Assembly: GCA_951406725.2 (NCBI GenBank)
Contig: OX597821.1
Coordinates: 104,160,001-104,224,000, forward strand
Length of the DNA stretch: 64,000 nt
Direction of reading: 5' to 3'
Source: Octopus vulgaris
Taxonomy: Eukaryota
Positions 26,040-38,880 of this stretch are shown here, one piece after another. The translations under genes were made by a program, and so were the position numbers. Below the pieces are notes generated by a model that made no database searches, was not told the DNA's origin, and worked only from the letters and a program-made list of their open reading frames with translations. Every line of letters begins with the position of its first letter. Within the stretch, counting starts at the first letter, position 1.

Positions 26040-26528
26040 CAACACACAAATGTGTGTGTGCATGTGTGCATATTTATTTATATATACAACACACAAATGT
26101 GTGTGTGTGTATGTGTGCATATTTATGTATATATATATATATATACATATATACAATCACACACATTATTTATATAGTAATAACAAAAATGACTTCTGGA
26201 AGGAAATGTTATACCTTGTTAATAACGTATAAAGATTTCCATCCACAATACTTTTTTACGTTATTACTATATTTATCCTAAGTTGTAAGGAGTTCTGCAT
26301 ATATAACCATCCCATGGGAATACTCTGGAAGATGAGAATAATAGTGTAGCAGTACAGGAGCTTTTATGTATATGTAGTCGGTAGCTGAAAATGTACTGTA
26401 GCCTGCCAGAAATACTACGCCTTGTGTAACGTAACACACACATATATACACACGTATGTCTGTGTGTGTATTTATGATTGTTTGAAATCGCCCATTGTAG
26501 TTTCCCAAGAAAAGAAAATTATACTTAA

Positions 26529-26749
26529 CCTTTTTGTTACTGTATTTATTTTCAGATGCTTTCTGTGTCTTTCAATTACTTTAAATATAACTTAATTAAG
26601 ATAACTTAATTATAATTAAGCTAGTGTTATGCACATAAATTGTGACTAAGGTTTGGTGGAAGATATTAATACAGAACTTATGAAAACAAGACATTTGTAC
26701 TACAGAGCCAGAGCCAGAGCCAGTTTCAGCCGGGCTGGTAACGAAAGGA
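26529..26749. mobile_element. piggyBac-type MITE
   Basis: TTAA(26525-28)-CCTTTTTGTTAC ... GTAACGAAAGGA-TTAA(26750-53): imperfect 12-bp TIRs and a TTAA target duplication. Confidence 0.7.
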
Positions 26750-27601
26750 TTAAGCTGCATGTGACTGACTATCTCCTCACATTGTAGTCCGTAAGGTTTT
26801 GTCAGTGAACAGGTTGCAGTGTCGAAGCGAGTGGGAGAGGGGGTAAAAATTTAGATTACAATTTATTTTTTCTTACACCATGGACTACCCTTGTGTTACC
26901 TCAGCCTCATCATTCCATAAAAAAGTGTTTAATGAGAGGAAAAAACATCAATGCATGTGAGAGTGAAAAGGGAGGGTGGTTTAGGTTGTGCTAGAAACAA
27001 CAGCGAAAACCTTCCTTGAATTGTGTACCTTTTCTTCTGAATATATTTACAATTTGTTTTGTTTGTGTTTTTTTTTCTATAAAAAAGTGTCCATCTATGG
27101 CTTTTAAGTTAAAAAGGAAAATGGCCGAAAACAGTCCGGATAGTTTTTATTGTAAGGCTTATAACGTACCAAACAGTCATAACAACAAAATCACTTTAAA
27201 GTTTTTTTTAAATATATACGGGTATTTTAAAATATTTTCATTCAATAAATAATATTTCTACATTATGTATACATTAATAGAATATACTGTCGGTTTTCCA
27301 AATAGCGAATCAAAACTTGAAATGAAAAAAAAAATTAAAAGTAAAATTGAGACTTTGCAAGTAAAAATGAAATATTCCGCAGGGAATGCAATGGATATTG
27401 AAATTTGCGAAGAACTGGACGCAGTGAATGCAATGAATATTTAAATCTGCAAGAAATTCCAGATAAAAGAATTCAATAAACTTGAGAAATCGAAATTATA
27501 GGAAGTTTCTTAGAACTTGGGTTTATAAAAATATTTCCAGACAGTCAACCCTTTAATAACTACTTCCTTTTAGTACTTTTAGTAACTGTTACATGCCTAA
27601 T

Positions 27602-27972
27602 ACGTGGAGGCGCAATGGCCCAGTGGTTAGGGCAGCGGACTCGCGGTCGGAGGATCGCGGTTTCGATTCCCAGACCGGGCATTGTGAGTGTTTATTGAGC
27701 GAAAACACCTAAAGCGCCACGAGGCTCCGGCAGGATTGGTGGTGAACCCTGCTGTACTCTTTCACCACAACATTCTCTCGCTCTTTTTTCCTGTTTCTCT
27801 TGTACCTGTATTTTAAAGGGCCAGCCTTGTCACATCCTGTGTGTCACGCTGAATCTCCCTGAGAACTATGTTACGGGTACACGTGTCTGTGGAGTGCTCA
27901 GTCACTTGCACGTTAATATCACGAGCAAGCTGTTCCGTTGATCGTATCAGCTGGGACCCTCATCGTCGCTCC
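27602..27972 (+). mobile_element. tRNA(Arg)-like-headed SINE with 12-bp TSD
   Basis: TGGCCCAGTGG A box and GTTTCGATTCCC B box. TSD TACATGCCTAAT(27590-601)/TACATACCTAAT(27973-84). Paralogue at 40670-41025. Confidence 0.9.
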
Positions 27973-28049
27973 TACATACCTAATTCATAACCAGCTTTCT
28001 CCATAATAGTATATATATAATAGAAGATGTGTCAAATGTGTTAATTAGC

Positions 28050-28690
28050 GGTCTCTTTGATGCCGGTGACATATATTAAAAGTCCCTTATAGAACTATTT
28101 TCATAAGAATGTACGGAACTATATTATCACCCTCAAATTTGTGAAACAGCCACTCATAACATTTTTTTCCAAACTTCATTGCATGAGATTGATATCAAGA
28201 AAAACCTCGAATTAGCTCTTTCATTTAAGCTCAATTAAATTATAGATTGTTTTTAAAATAAAAAAAAAATATTTATGCTTAAATCCAATTATTTGTCTTA
28301 TATTTTTTCTCATAATATTTTGCCCCCAAAATGTTTGAAACAAATTCGTGTTGCATGAGGCCCAAACTAAGAAATTCTTCATACTTTATTCTAAGCTAAT
28401 ATAAATATTTTTTACTTTTAAAATAATAAAAGTTACTTAGATCTAAATTTCATTGGTGGCGTCATTTAACCTTCTATAATGTTGCTATTAATTTTGATGT
28501 AACTTTCTTTCAACTGGACAAAATCTCATTTTTTATGCCCAGATGTATCTAGAGAACAGTCCTTTTCAAAACTGTAAACAGTATTAAATTTGGTTAAGAA
28601 CCGAATTGGCGACAAACGCTGAAACCTGCTGCGTGGGAGTAAATTGCGGCCTTAAGAATATTATTCAGCTAAGACCATAGTTGAATGATA
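28050..28690. repeat. Dispersed DNA-transposon-like repeat
   Basis: 28050-28240 is the reverse complement of ~56800-56995. 28586-28690 is the reverse complement of the 57133-57423 units. Confidence 0.6.
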
Positions 28691-28958
28691 TATATATATT
28701 CCTATACATCTTTTTGTACATTCGTTCACACGCATGAATGTTTTCACGCGTCTGCATTAAGGTTTCTGTGAATAGCCGTCAATTAAATATGAGATTTTGA
28801 AATTTTTATTGGCAGCTGACATCTCGCTCATGTGGTGTGCATACAGCAATATATTCTGTCTGGAAATACATAGGAATATAACTTTAGAAGTCCTGAACCG
28901 AAGACATATTACTTGTTGGGTTAAGGCAAAATCACACACACACGTACACATACATAGA

Positions 28959-29059
<101 letters not shown>

Positions 29060-29280
29060 ATATATATACGCGAACATACATTTGTATACACAGTTAAATA
29101 TATGTATACGCATAGTCATACCTACAAACGAATATACATTCCTGCACACGCAGATACCTATATATATATACATACATATATACATACATAAATACATACA
29201 TACATACATATATACATATATATATATAGAGATGTATATATATATATTTATATATATATGCATATATATATATACATATA

Positions 29281-29329
<49 letters not shown>

Positions 29330-29895
29330 GTATATGAATACGTTATATACATATATATATATATATGTGCATATGTTATATGCATATATATGTATATATA
29401 TATATATGGTTAGGATTCTATTATATATGTTTATTTATATGAGGATAAAACTGCAACATGAATAATATAATAGAAATATCATGGCGTTAACTCGACATAG
29501 TTGCAATACTGTAAAGCAAGCGTCTACAGGGAATAGCAGAAAATTGGATTTAGTTTCTGTAGATGATCTCTCTAGTAAACAATATATCTCTGTTATTATG
29601 ACGGCCTAATGATCAACCATAAAACATTTCTGTTCTTTCTACAAGATTTACATGGAACATTAAAGCGAAAGTGTCAAGTGTAATTAGCAGGTAATTTGCT
29701 CAACGTATAATCAATAACTAAATTTAGGCTTCGTTTGTGTCGAAGTAAACAGTCATCTTCACACCTCTGGACATACACAGAAATATGTAGAATAACGCCT
29801 CCCTGCACATAAAACACTCCGTAATACAAATATGTTTACAAGCTATCTATCTATCTGTCTATCTATCTATCTGTCTATATATCTATGTATATATG

Positions 29896-29989
<94 letters not shown>

Positions 29990-30215
29990 AGCATGTATGC
30001 TATAGGTAGTGTGATGATCGTGTGCATGGTTTCTGTGTGTATGGATTCTGAATGTGAAATAAAGTTTTTAAACAAACTTAGCTGCCTGTTTATATTTACT
30101 TTCAAATTATTTTTGCTTTTTTAGTCATTTCTTCGTATAGAGAATAATGCACAAAAAAATAAAAATATTTCTTTTCTATTACACTTCATGTCACGAATAC
30201 GCACATACACACTAG

Positions 30216-30260
<45 letters not shown>

Positions 30261-30641
30261 TATATGAATGTATGTATATCCGTTTATATATATGCATATA
30301 TATATTGTAACGCATACGTTCTCTTTCTCACTGTCTCTCTATCTATAAATATATATACATATACATACATACATACATACATATATACATATATATATAC
30401 ATATATATATATATACATGTATGTAAGTGATATGTGTGTAGTGCAAGAGGGAGAGAGTGAGAAACAGAAAGCGAGATAGAGAGATAGAAGGAGAGAAAGA
30501 AACACTGAAGGAGTCGAGGGAAAAAAAAACTAGAAGCTAAAAGAAGATAGTTTTGTTAGAATATGTCTGTGTGTGCGTGTCTATATTGATTGATGTACGG
30601 TTAGGTGTGAAATATCATCAAACACCTCAACGAACATAAAC

Positions 30642-30697
<56 letters not shown>

Positions 30698-31219
30698 ACA
30701 CATATACATATTTATACACACACACACACATAGACAGAGAGAGAGACACACACACACATACACACAAATATATATATATATATATAGTCGCGTGTATATG
30801 CATGGACACGTGTACTGCTATATGTGTCCTCGTACTAACTGTATTTTTGTGTACAACTGGAGTACTTAAAATATTAACAATGCTAGACATCTTTCTGAAC
30901 ATGAGAGAAAACCTTTTTTCATTTGTCTACAAACAAAGCAATTCAGTTTTATATCCGAAAATCTGTCCGTGTCACACAAAATTATATAACGGAAAATGTA
31001 AATTCATAGAGTACTAAAGCATTCGAAATGGAAATATTAAATTTTAAACTTCGAAACCCAATGTGACCTCACAGATACGTTAATGTCATTAATAATACGT
31101 AGAATAATGGATCAAAAACAACTTGGACAGTTGCAAGAGAAACACAAATGCTGTAAAAATATGATAGACGAGGTTTTTATTATTTATTATTCTGCACGCT
31201 AATAATGACCAATTTAAAG

Positions 31220-31570
31220 ATGGCAATGAGCTGGCAGAACCATTAGCACGCCGGGGAAAATGATATGTGACATTTCGTCCGCCTTTGCGTTCAGAGTTCA
31301 AATTCTGCGGAAGTCAACTTTGTCTTTCATCCTGTCGGAGTCGCTGAAGTAAGTACTAGTTCATCACAGGGCTCGTTACAATCTACTTATCTCCGATCTG
31401 GTGGTCTTGTGGCAAAGTTTAAAACTAGTATTTATAACACTATAGAAGGTGGCGAGCTGGTGGAATCGTTAGCATGCCGGGAAATTGTTTGGTGTCAATT
31501 AGTCCAACCTAATGTTCCTAGTTCAAATTCCCCTGGGATCAACTTTATATTTCATCCTTTCAAGGTTCTT
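31220..31570 (+). mobile_element. Two adjacent Meta-like SINE copies
   Basis: Heads GAGCTGGCAGAACCATTAGCACGCCGG (31228) and GGCGAGCTGGTGGAATCGTTAGCATGCCGG (31451), each followed by the ...AACTTT...TTTCATCCT core. Confidence 0.75.
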
Positions 31571-33584
31571 AAAGAACCCGGAACCATGTTGTTGGTATGC
31601 AAGCTACTTACCACACAGCCACTCTTGCGCCTATATCTGTATATCGAACTTTGGGATGTGTGGATGGAATATAGAACAATATGTTATGTACCTAGCAAAG
31701 ACCTCTGATGTTGACTTGTGGTGCATAAGAGCACTCATATTTATGTCGTTGATAGAACTGCCACATTACATGATCTCACAATACTTAAGCTCCCAAGATT
31801 CTGATATCCGGTAGCAGCATAATGACTGAATCTTCCTATCAGACATATGCAGAATTTCATGTAAACTCAAGCACTGTTATCACAAATAACCCGTAATTAC
31901 TGATGACGGGCGTAACGTTTATACCGAGCGGCAATCTTTATATCCAGACATTAGTGTCTGAATCGACATTGAATTTCTATATAACATTGACAGGGATAGT
32001 CGGTTATGTCACTAATGGACGGCTGCCTCTGAAGAATCCTGACTTGTCCAACAAGTTCGGAGAAAGAAATAACCAAATACTTATTAAGCAACTCCGAACG
32101 ATAAAAAGTAAAAGCGACCCTGGTGACATTTGAACTCCGAACGCAAAGACCGATGAAATGCTGCTCAGCGTTCTGTCAGGCGTGTCAACTATTCAGTCGG
32201 TTCAGTGTCTTATAATGTTACAAGTACCAACAAATAAATTTATCTGCGTAACTCGTCGATTTGTACCAAATTTAATTTACCTTCGGTGACACATAACCAC
32301 AAAATAGTAATTAACTATCGTAATAGGAACATCTAGATATCTTTTCCGTTTACAATTTAATAACATGTATACAATGATATCTGTCATTCATCGTTCTATC
32401 TACCGATTCCTGCATTCCTTCTGCGTTATCTATGTCATGCGTTAGTGAAAAAGCTATTTCAAACGCATAATATAAATAACTACAAACCAAAGCTAATCTA
32501 TGGTACTATGTCGATTGGAGTCAAGACTTCACAAATGGTCCTCGTGTATTTTCTCTGCATATGTATATCGGTGAGGCATTCTGACATTCGAGTGCTACAA
32601 GCGCTAGTGTGGTTCACTTTACTGCATGTGGGAAATTCTGTCTGTGGGTGTGCTTGTTTGTGGAGCTTTGATGTAACTGGACACGTGAGTAACTCATGTC
32701 TAGAAACCTCCTGACATACTTAGATTATTGAAAAAAAATCGCTAATAGGGCCCCTGGAAGGGATCCTTATACCTTCTACAAATAATATATTTTATGTAAA
32801 CATCCAATGGAAATAACCCATAACACGTGCACTTACAATTATCAGTCTTTAGCGAAGCCATCAATATTTGATTCTTTTGATCAGCGGACCTAATTTTGCA
32901 TTTCACTACTCACAGTTTTGGACTGTTTAATCTCATTTAACTTTCTTGATTTTAGTCTTGAACCTTAAAGACTTCAGTCATACATTTATACATATATATA
33001 TTTTTGCGCTAACCTTATTATTGCACTTTCTTCATTTGAAACATAAAGACTTCATTCATACATTTATATACATATATACTTTTTTGAGCTTATATATACT
33101 ACAATTATATATTAGCTTTAATAAATTACCCTTGGTAAAGTTAACCTTTAAATTGCCACGACGAGTAAGAGTACGAGTGGGTATTTTTCTTCATAAGCTG
33201 CTCGAACGCGACAACGGCGATCTCAAGTAAGTCCCCGATTCCTCATATTTAATATTTACTAGATCAAACAATTACTCTCGTCTATTCTACTTCAATATCT
33301 AAACAGTTATATACATATTGCTGTAATTAATTTAGACATTGCATTAATAGACAATTTTCAACATCTCCAAATAACTAAATGCTGGCAATGCATGCAGGGT
33401 TTTCAATTAAATTTGATCATACTTTGAGTGCTCGTAACTCCGATAATTCTGCATTTTTACAGTTATATTATAAATTTATTCGTCTATGCATCCAACGGCA
33501 AAACCAAAAACATTGTGTATCACGAAGCCCTCCGAGAGTGAAATTTTGGAACAAAGATGCCTCTTCCTCTGACAACCTTTGCCG

Positions 33585-34045
33585 CCAAACTTCGACAACA
33601 TCTCTCGCCAACCTCCGAAAACCTCTCTCGCCAATCTCCGACAGTCTCTCTCGCCAACCTCCGAAAACCTCTCTCGCCAACCTCCGACAGTCTCTCTCGC
33701 CAACGTTCGATAACATCTTTCACTAACCTCCGAAAACCTCTCTCGCCAACCTCCGACAGTGTCTCCCGCCAACCTCCGACAGTGTCTCTCGCCAGCCTCT
33801 GACGTCTCTCTCGCCAACCTCCGACAGTCTCTCTCGCCAGCCTCCGACGTCTCTCTCGCCAACCTCCGACAATCTCTCTCGCCAACCTACGACAGTCTCT
33901 CTCGCCAATCCCCGAAAACCTCTCTCGCCAGCCTCCGAAGTCTCTCTCGCCAGCCTCCGACAGTCTCTCCCGCCAACCTCCGGTAGTCTCTCTCGCTAAC
34001 CTCCGACAACCTCTCTCGCGACTTCCGGAGACCTCTCTCACCAAC
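33585..34045. repeat. GC-rich minisatellite, ~21-23-bp unit CTCTCTCGCCAACCTCCGA(CAGT/AAAC), ~20 copies
   Basis: Directly visible. It accounts for the repetitive ARET/GERD ORFs. Confidence 0.95.
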
Positions 34046-34180
34046 CAACGACAATGCCTCCCTCCTCAAGCTGAGAGTTTTTTGGACATTTTCGCGATGG
34101 AAAATACACCTTTTGTGACAGTTATAACGGAATTGCTTTTTTATTATAGTAATAAGGCGATTAAATAGAACATCTTAACC

Positions 34181-34208
34181 CCCGGGAATTACCGGGTACA
34201 CCAGCTAG
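34181..34208 (+). mobile_element. Helitron-like 3' terminus
   Basis: Hairpin CCCGG-GAATTA-CCGGG, an 8-nt spacer, then CTAG followed by T. Confidence 0.6.
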
Positions 34209-35008
34209 TACATCGGTGACTCATGTATATGTAGAACTAGGACGAATGTATGTGCTTAGCAATGTTAGAGAATTTGATAATATTGACACTATGATATGTA
34301 CAACAAAGCAATTTTATTTGTTTCTCTGAAAACGTTCAATTGTCGTAAGGAATATGCACTTGCTGTCAACATCAGATGGATAATACCTATCCCGCTGTTA
34401 AATACGTAAATTAACTTATTTTATTTAACATTACTCCATATTAATGTGTTATGTTGTGGAATAATTTGTATCTGTCTCGATACGAAAGTTCTTATTGTTA
34501 ATAATTATACTAATTTGCGAACTGTCTAGAACTGTCGAATAATTAAACGGTATCATTAGAAAACAGAACCACATTCCGACTAAGAAAATCAGATGTTGTA
34601 GTTTCGATTCCCGACAGGCAACCGATTTGCTAAGGCTGTAACATAGACTTACACATCTGTATGATGTGCTAGAAAGAACAGCCAAACCTCTCGGGTATAA
34701 CCTTAGCAGTTACATTGTGGGTACATTAGATAATGCTATCTTAGATCCAACCTATTAGAAATAGCAAGAAACAACCGAATTTTCAGAATTGTCACGGCTG
34801 GCGGGCATTTTAAGCAGCATCGGTCTTTTAAGTAAGGCATAACCTAGAGCTCATAAACTATGATAATATGAAGTTCACAATATCCATTCATGCATTCATA
34901 TTCAAAATGAAACGATTCGGCGCAGCTGTTTGGATGCTGACAACGTGGCATAGCTTTAACGACATTATACTCTGGCTCTGGAGGAAACACACACGCGTCC
35001 AGAAATAT

Positions 35009-35055
<47 letters not shown>

Positions 35056-36282
35056 TGAGGGGGAGTGAGATTGAGACAGAAAACGAGAGACAGAGAGAAA
35101 GCGACTGATTTACACATACATATAAACATAATTAAATGCTCACAGAGATAAAGAAAGAGAAGTGAGAGAGATCAGAGAAATGAGACAGCGCACGAAAGAA
35201 ACACTAAAACGAGAAAAACATTGTATTGGCTCAAGTCAAATAAGTCTGCTTTATTCAGCATTACCAGCTAGGCAGTGTCAATTAGGCGGCGCCAATTATA
35301 GAGCGCCAATTAGGCGGCGGCAATATGGTTGTAGCAAAACGTCGTATATATTTTCTTTTTCTTCTGTAAATGGGAACCACGTACTATATAGCTTCTCGAA
35401 ATAAACTTTCACTTCTAACCATTTACGAGACAGGCATACTTTTTTTCTGGAACACTTTCTAAACGTATAAATTTATATCAGTGACAAAAATCTATATCGA
35501 AAGCAATATGTATTTATTGTTGTTATTATTAATATTAGTAAATATTTCATATGCTGTGCTATCAGTTATGGAAGAAGATGAAATTTTGTAATATTCTGAA
35601 ATTACATATTACGTATAGTTGGTAAATGTCTCAAAAGTGCTGTAACTAGAGATATGGAGCATAATATGACAGCTACTCTCAGATGACAGGATCAAATAAA
35701 ACATTCTAAAAAATTCTAATAGAGTGAGTTGGTATCGGAGAGTGTAACATTTAGACAAAAGTATAAAGGAAAAAAAAAACGGTTTTTAAAGAACGCATAT
35801 CTCAAAGCACATCATTGTTTTTTTTCTTTTATTTTGGCTTTAATATTAGTACATTTATTTATAAGTACATTGCATAATATACTTTCATGTAATCTAAAGC
35901 CGAGTAATTATATTTCCAAAATTATGAGCAGAATACATAGCGTATTCTGTTTATACTAATAATGTGTCTCTATAATTATAAACCTATTTAGGAATATTGT
36001 GTCTGGGCATAAATGTGAACGATAGTATATTATTCATGCATTTTCGTATAGATAAAGGAGATATATGAGTAAGGATAATATTGTTAATATGGAAGTTGTT
36101 TCGGCTGCACTAATCAGCTACTCTGATGTAACATAAGCTTTATGATGTATTAAATTATATTGCTTCTTGCATCTGTTCAATTATATTAATAATTTCATTT
36201 CCATTGATGCCATGGAATAACATGAATTTTTCATGAAAGGACTTGTTTTAGAACGGTTCTTTGCAACAATTTCATAGAGATA

Positions 36283-36354
<72 letters not shown>

Positions 36355-36526
36355 AGTATGCGTGTACGTATGTATATGTTCTAAATGAGACATATTACTA
36401 CATTCATTTGTGTGGACTACCACAAAGAACTATTGCAGATAGAACACGCTCGTACTAAATATTGTAAGATGTTTTATAATTGACCAGTAACTACATAACC
36501 AGTATTTTTAAATCTTACATTTAGAG

Positions 36527-36582
<56 letters not shown>

Positions 36583-37077
36583 CAGTTTATTTAAATAGAG
36601 GAAAACGTCGTGTCATGCATACAAAATACAAGGGGGTTAATTCTAAAAGTTTTGTAAAGTGGTTACTTCACTTATATGTTGTATATCCAATGTTAATAAA
36701 GAAGCCAGGGATTAATTAATTAGATAAATTCTATTTAATTACTCCCTTATGTAGAAATTATTGGATTAAGGTTGTTAGATATAAATCCATGTATTGTCTC
36801 CTCTGTTGTTTTGTGTTCAGTTTACCATTTTAAGTAAGGTGGCCTTCCAGTATTTCTACTTTTAATATTTGAAAGAAAAAACAATCTATTGATGAAGCTC
36901 TACACCAACGAGAAATTATGTACTGCACATTACTTACTCCACACATATTTATCTATCTATCTATATATCTATCGACCAGGTGACCTACATAATTATTTCT
37001 ATGGCTCTCTCTCTATCTCTCTCTGTCTCTCTCTGTTTCTCATTCTCTCTCTCACAGACACACACAAATACAGACAT

Positions 37078-37140
<63 letters not shown>

Positions 37141-37142
<2 letters not shown>

Positions 37143-37352
37143 AGAGCTGTCAGAATCGTTAGCCCACCGGACGAAATGCTCACCGGTATTTCGTCTGCAG
37201 TTACGTTCTGAGTTCAAATTCTGCCGAGGTCGACTTTGGCTTCCATCCTTTGAGAGTCGATTAAATAAGTAATAGTTACGCTCTGGGGTCGATGTAATCG
37301 ACTTAATTCTTTCGTTTGTCCCCTCTGTGTTTAGCCCCCTGTTGACAATAAA
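37141..37352 (+). mobile_element. Meta-like SINE, near full length, after (TA)n
   Basis: GGAGAGCTGTCAGAATCGTTAGC...GAGTTCAAATTC...GAGGTCGACTTTGGCTTCCATCC...TGTGTTTAGCCCC. Confidence 0.85.
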
Positions 37353-37399
37353 GATATGTGTGTATTTATATACATATATATACACCGTATGTATATATA

Positions 37400-38310
37400 T
37401 ATATATATGCATGTACAGGGACCGTAAATCAGAGCCCGAAGGGAGCTTCGCAGCATGCAAGCGAGACAGTGGGTGCAAAAAGCTGAAGAAGCGCAGCTGC
37501 ACATTGACGCCAAAAACTACAAGTTGCTGTACAGTGCTATGCAGGCCATTTATATCCCTTCCAGAAGCTGAATAGTCCTGCGGCGCCTGCTCATCGTTGA
37601 ATAATCATCAAATAAGGAATTAGAGCAAGAAGAGAGGAGCATTTAAATGAACTCCTAAACCGTCTCTCCACTTTCGACCAGGTAGCATTGCAGCAAATAT
37701 TCCAGAATATTCTACTCAAAGACCTTTTCCTGCCGTTTAGTGCAGAAGAGGCCTAGACGGCCATAAACTAAAAGATATGTGGCAAATCTGTGGAATCAGA
37801 TAGAATTCCTGTGTAGAATTGTAGAAGGGGTTGAAAACACGGCTTTTAATGACATCCACGAACTCGATTGGTTGGAGGAGTGTATGCTAAGAACAAGAAC
37901 AAAGGCATCAAATCAGACTGCCGAAATGATAGGGTGATTTATTTACTTTACATTATTTTGAAAATCCTGGCCCGCATCATCTTTAACAGGTACACCCCCA
38001 GCATCTCTGAGAGCAACTTGACTGAAGCTCAGACTGGCTTCCGCTCTAGCCGCAGTATAGTAGATATGAAGTTTGTTGTGTGTCAAGTCAAGGAAAAGTA
38101 TATTTAAGAACGGATAGATTTGTGCTCCGTAGCCATAAAACCTGACCAGAGCTTTAGACCAGTCTATAGAGAATCTTTGTGTACTATCCTAAGCTGGGCA
38201 GCCGACACAAGTTTACTGTACTGGTAAGGTATTTTCATGGCAACATGACCGATCGAGTTATTTGCAATAGTCACTACACCAAAGTTTCAATATCCCTATT
38301 GGCGTGAAAC
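37400..38310 (+). mobile_element. RTE-clade LINE RT fragment
   Basis: KGIKSDCRNDRVIYLL..KILARII..LTEAQTGFRSSRSIVDMKFVVCQVKEK, the N-terminal part of an RTE RT. Confidence 0.8.
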
Positions 38311-38319
38311 GAAATAGAG

Positions 38320-38880
38320 AACATGAAACCAGACAGTGTTAATGGAGAAAGAAATCAAACGATGCTGGATCATAGGTTAGCGTGGGAAGTTAAGCAAGCG
38401 TGGTCGATGAAAAAGGTGGCAGTAGTTCAAATAATTGGCGTAGCCTTGGAAACAGTGAGTAAAAATCTTAAATACAAGGAAGAAATAGGGACTGCATACT
38501 GCAACTTCTCTTATCCTTCACTCGCCCTAGGACACTGGGTGTGTATCGGTAAGTGACTGTAACAAATACGCAGATTAAGAGTAAATAATCATAATAACAA
38601 TAAGTCCTGATACGGTACCAATACCCTGATGCAGCACCAGGCACTAGCAATGCCTTGATACAGTAACAGGCACTGGTTCAAATGGTTTCTGGTCGTAACT
38701 GCTCGGAAGTGCATGTTTATCTTGGTATAAAAGATGGTAGTCGATACCACAGATTCACTTTTAAGTTATTTAACCTTAAACAGTTTAGCATGTTCCTTTG
38801 TAGGTAACGATATGTGCAACTTTAATCACGAGCAGAAGTAGTGGAGGAGCATTATAGCCATGTGGTAAGAGGAATTTTAA
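38320..38880 (+). mobile_element. R4/Dong-like LINE 3' fragment
   Basis: LAWEVKQAWSMKKVAVVQIIGVALETV (RLE C-terminus), followed by a 3' UTR homologous to 12196-12725. Confidence 0.65.

Noticed and set aside
27605-27680. tRNA-Arg gene
   Set aside because: It continues into a SINE body with a TSD and has a paralogue at 40670. It is a SINE head, not a tRNA gene.
33585-34045. CRISPR array or repeat protein
   Set aside because: Units are contiguous with no unique spacers, there are no cas genes, the context is eukaryotic, and the unit length is not a constant multiple of 3.
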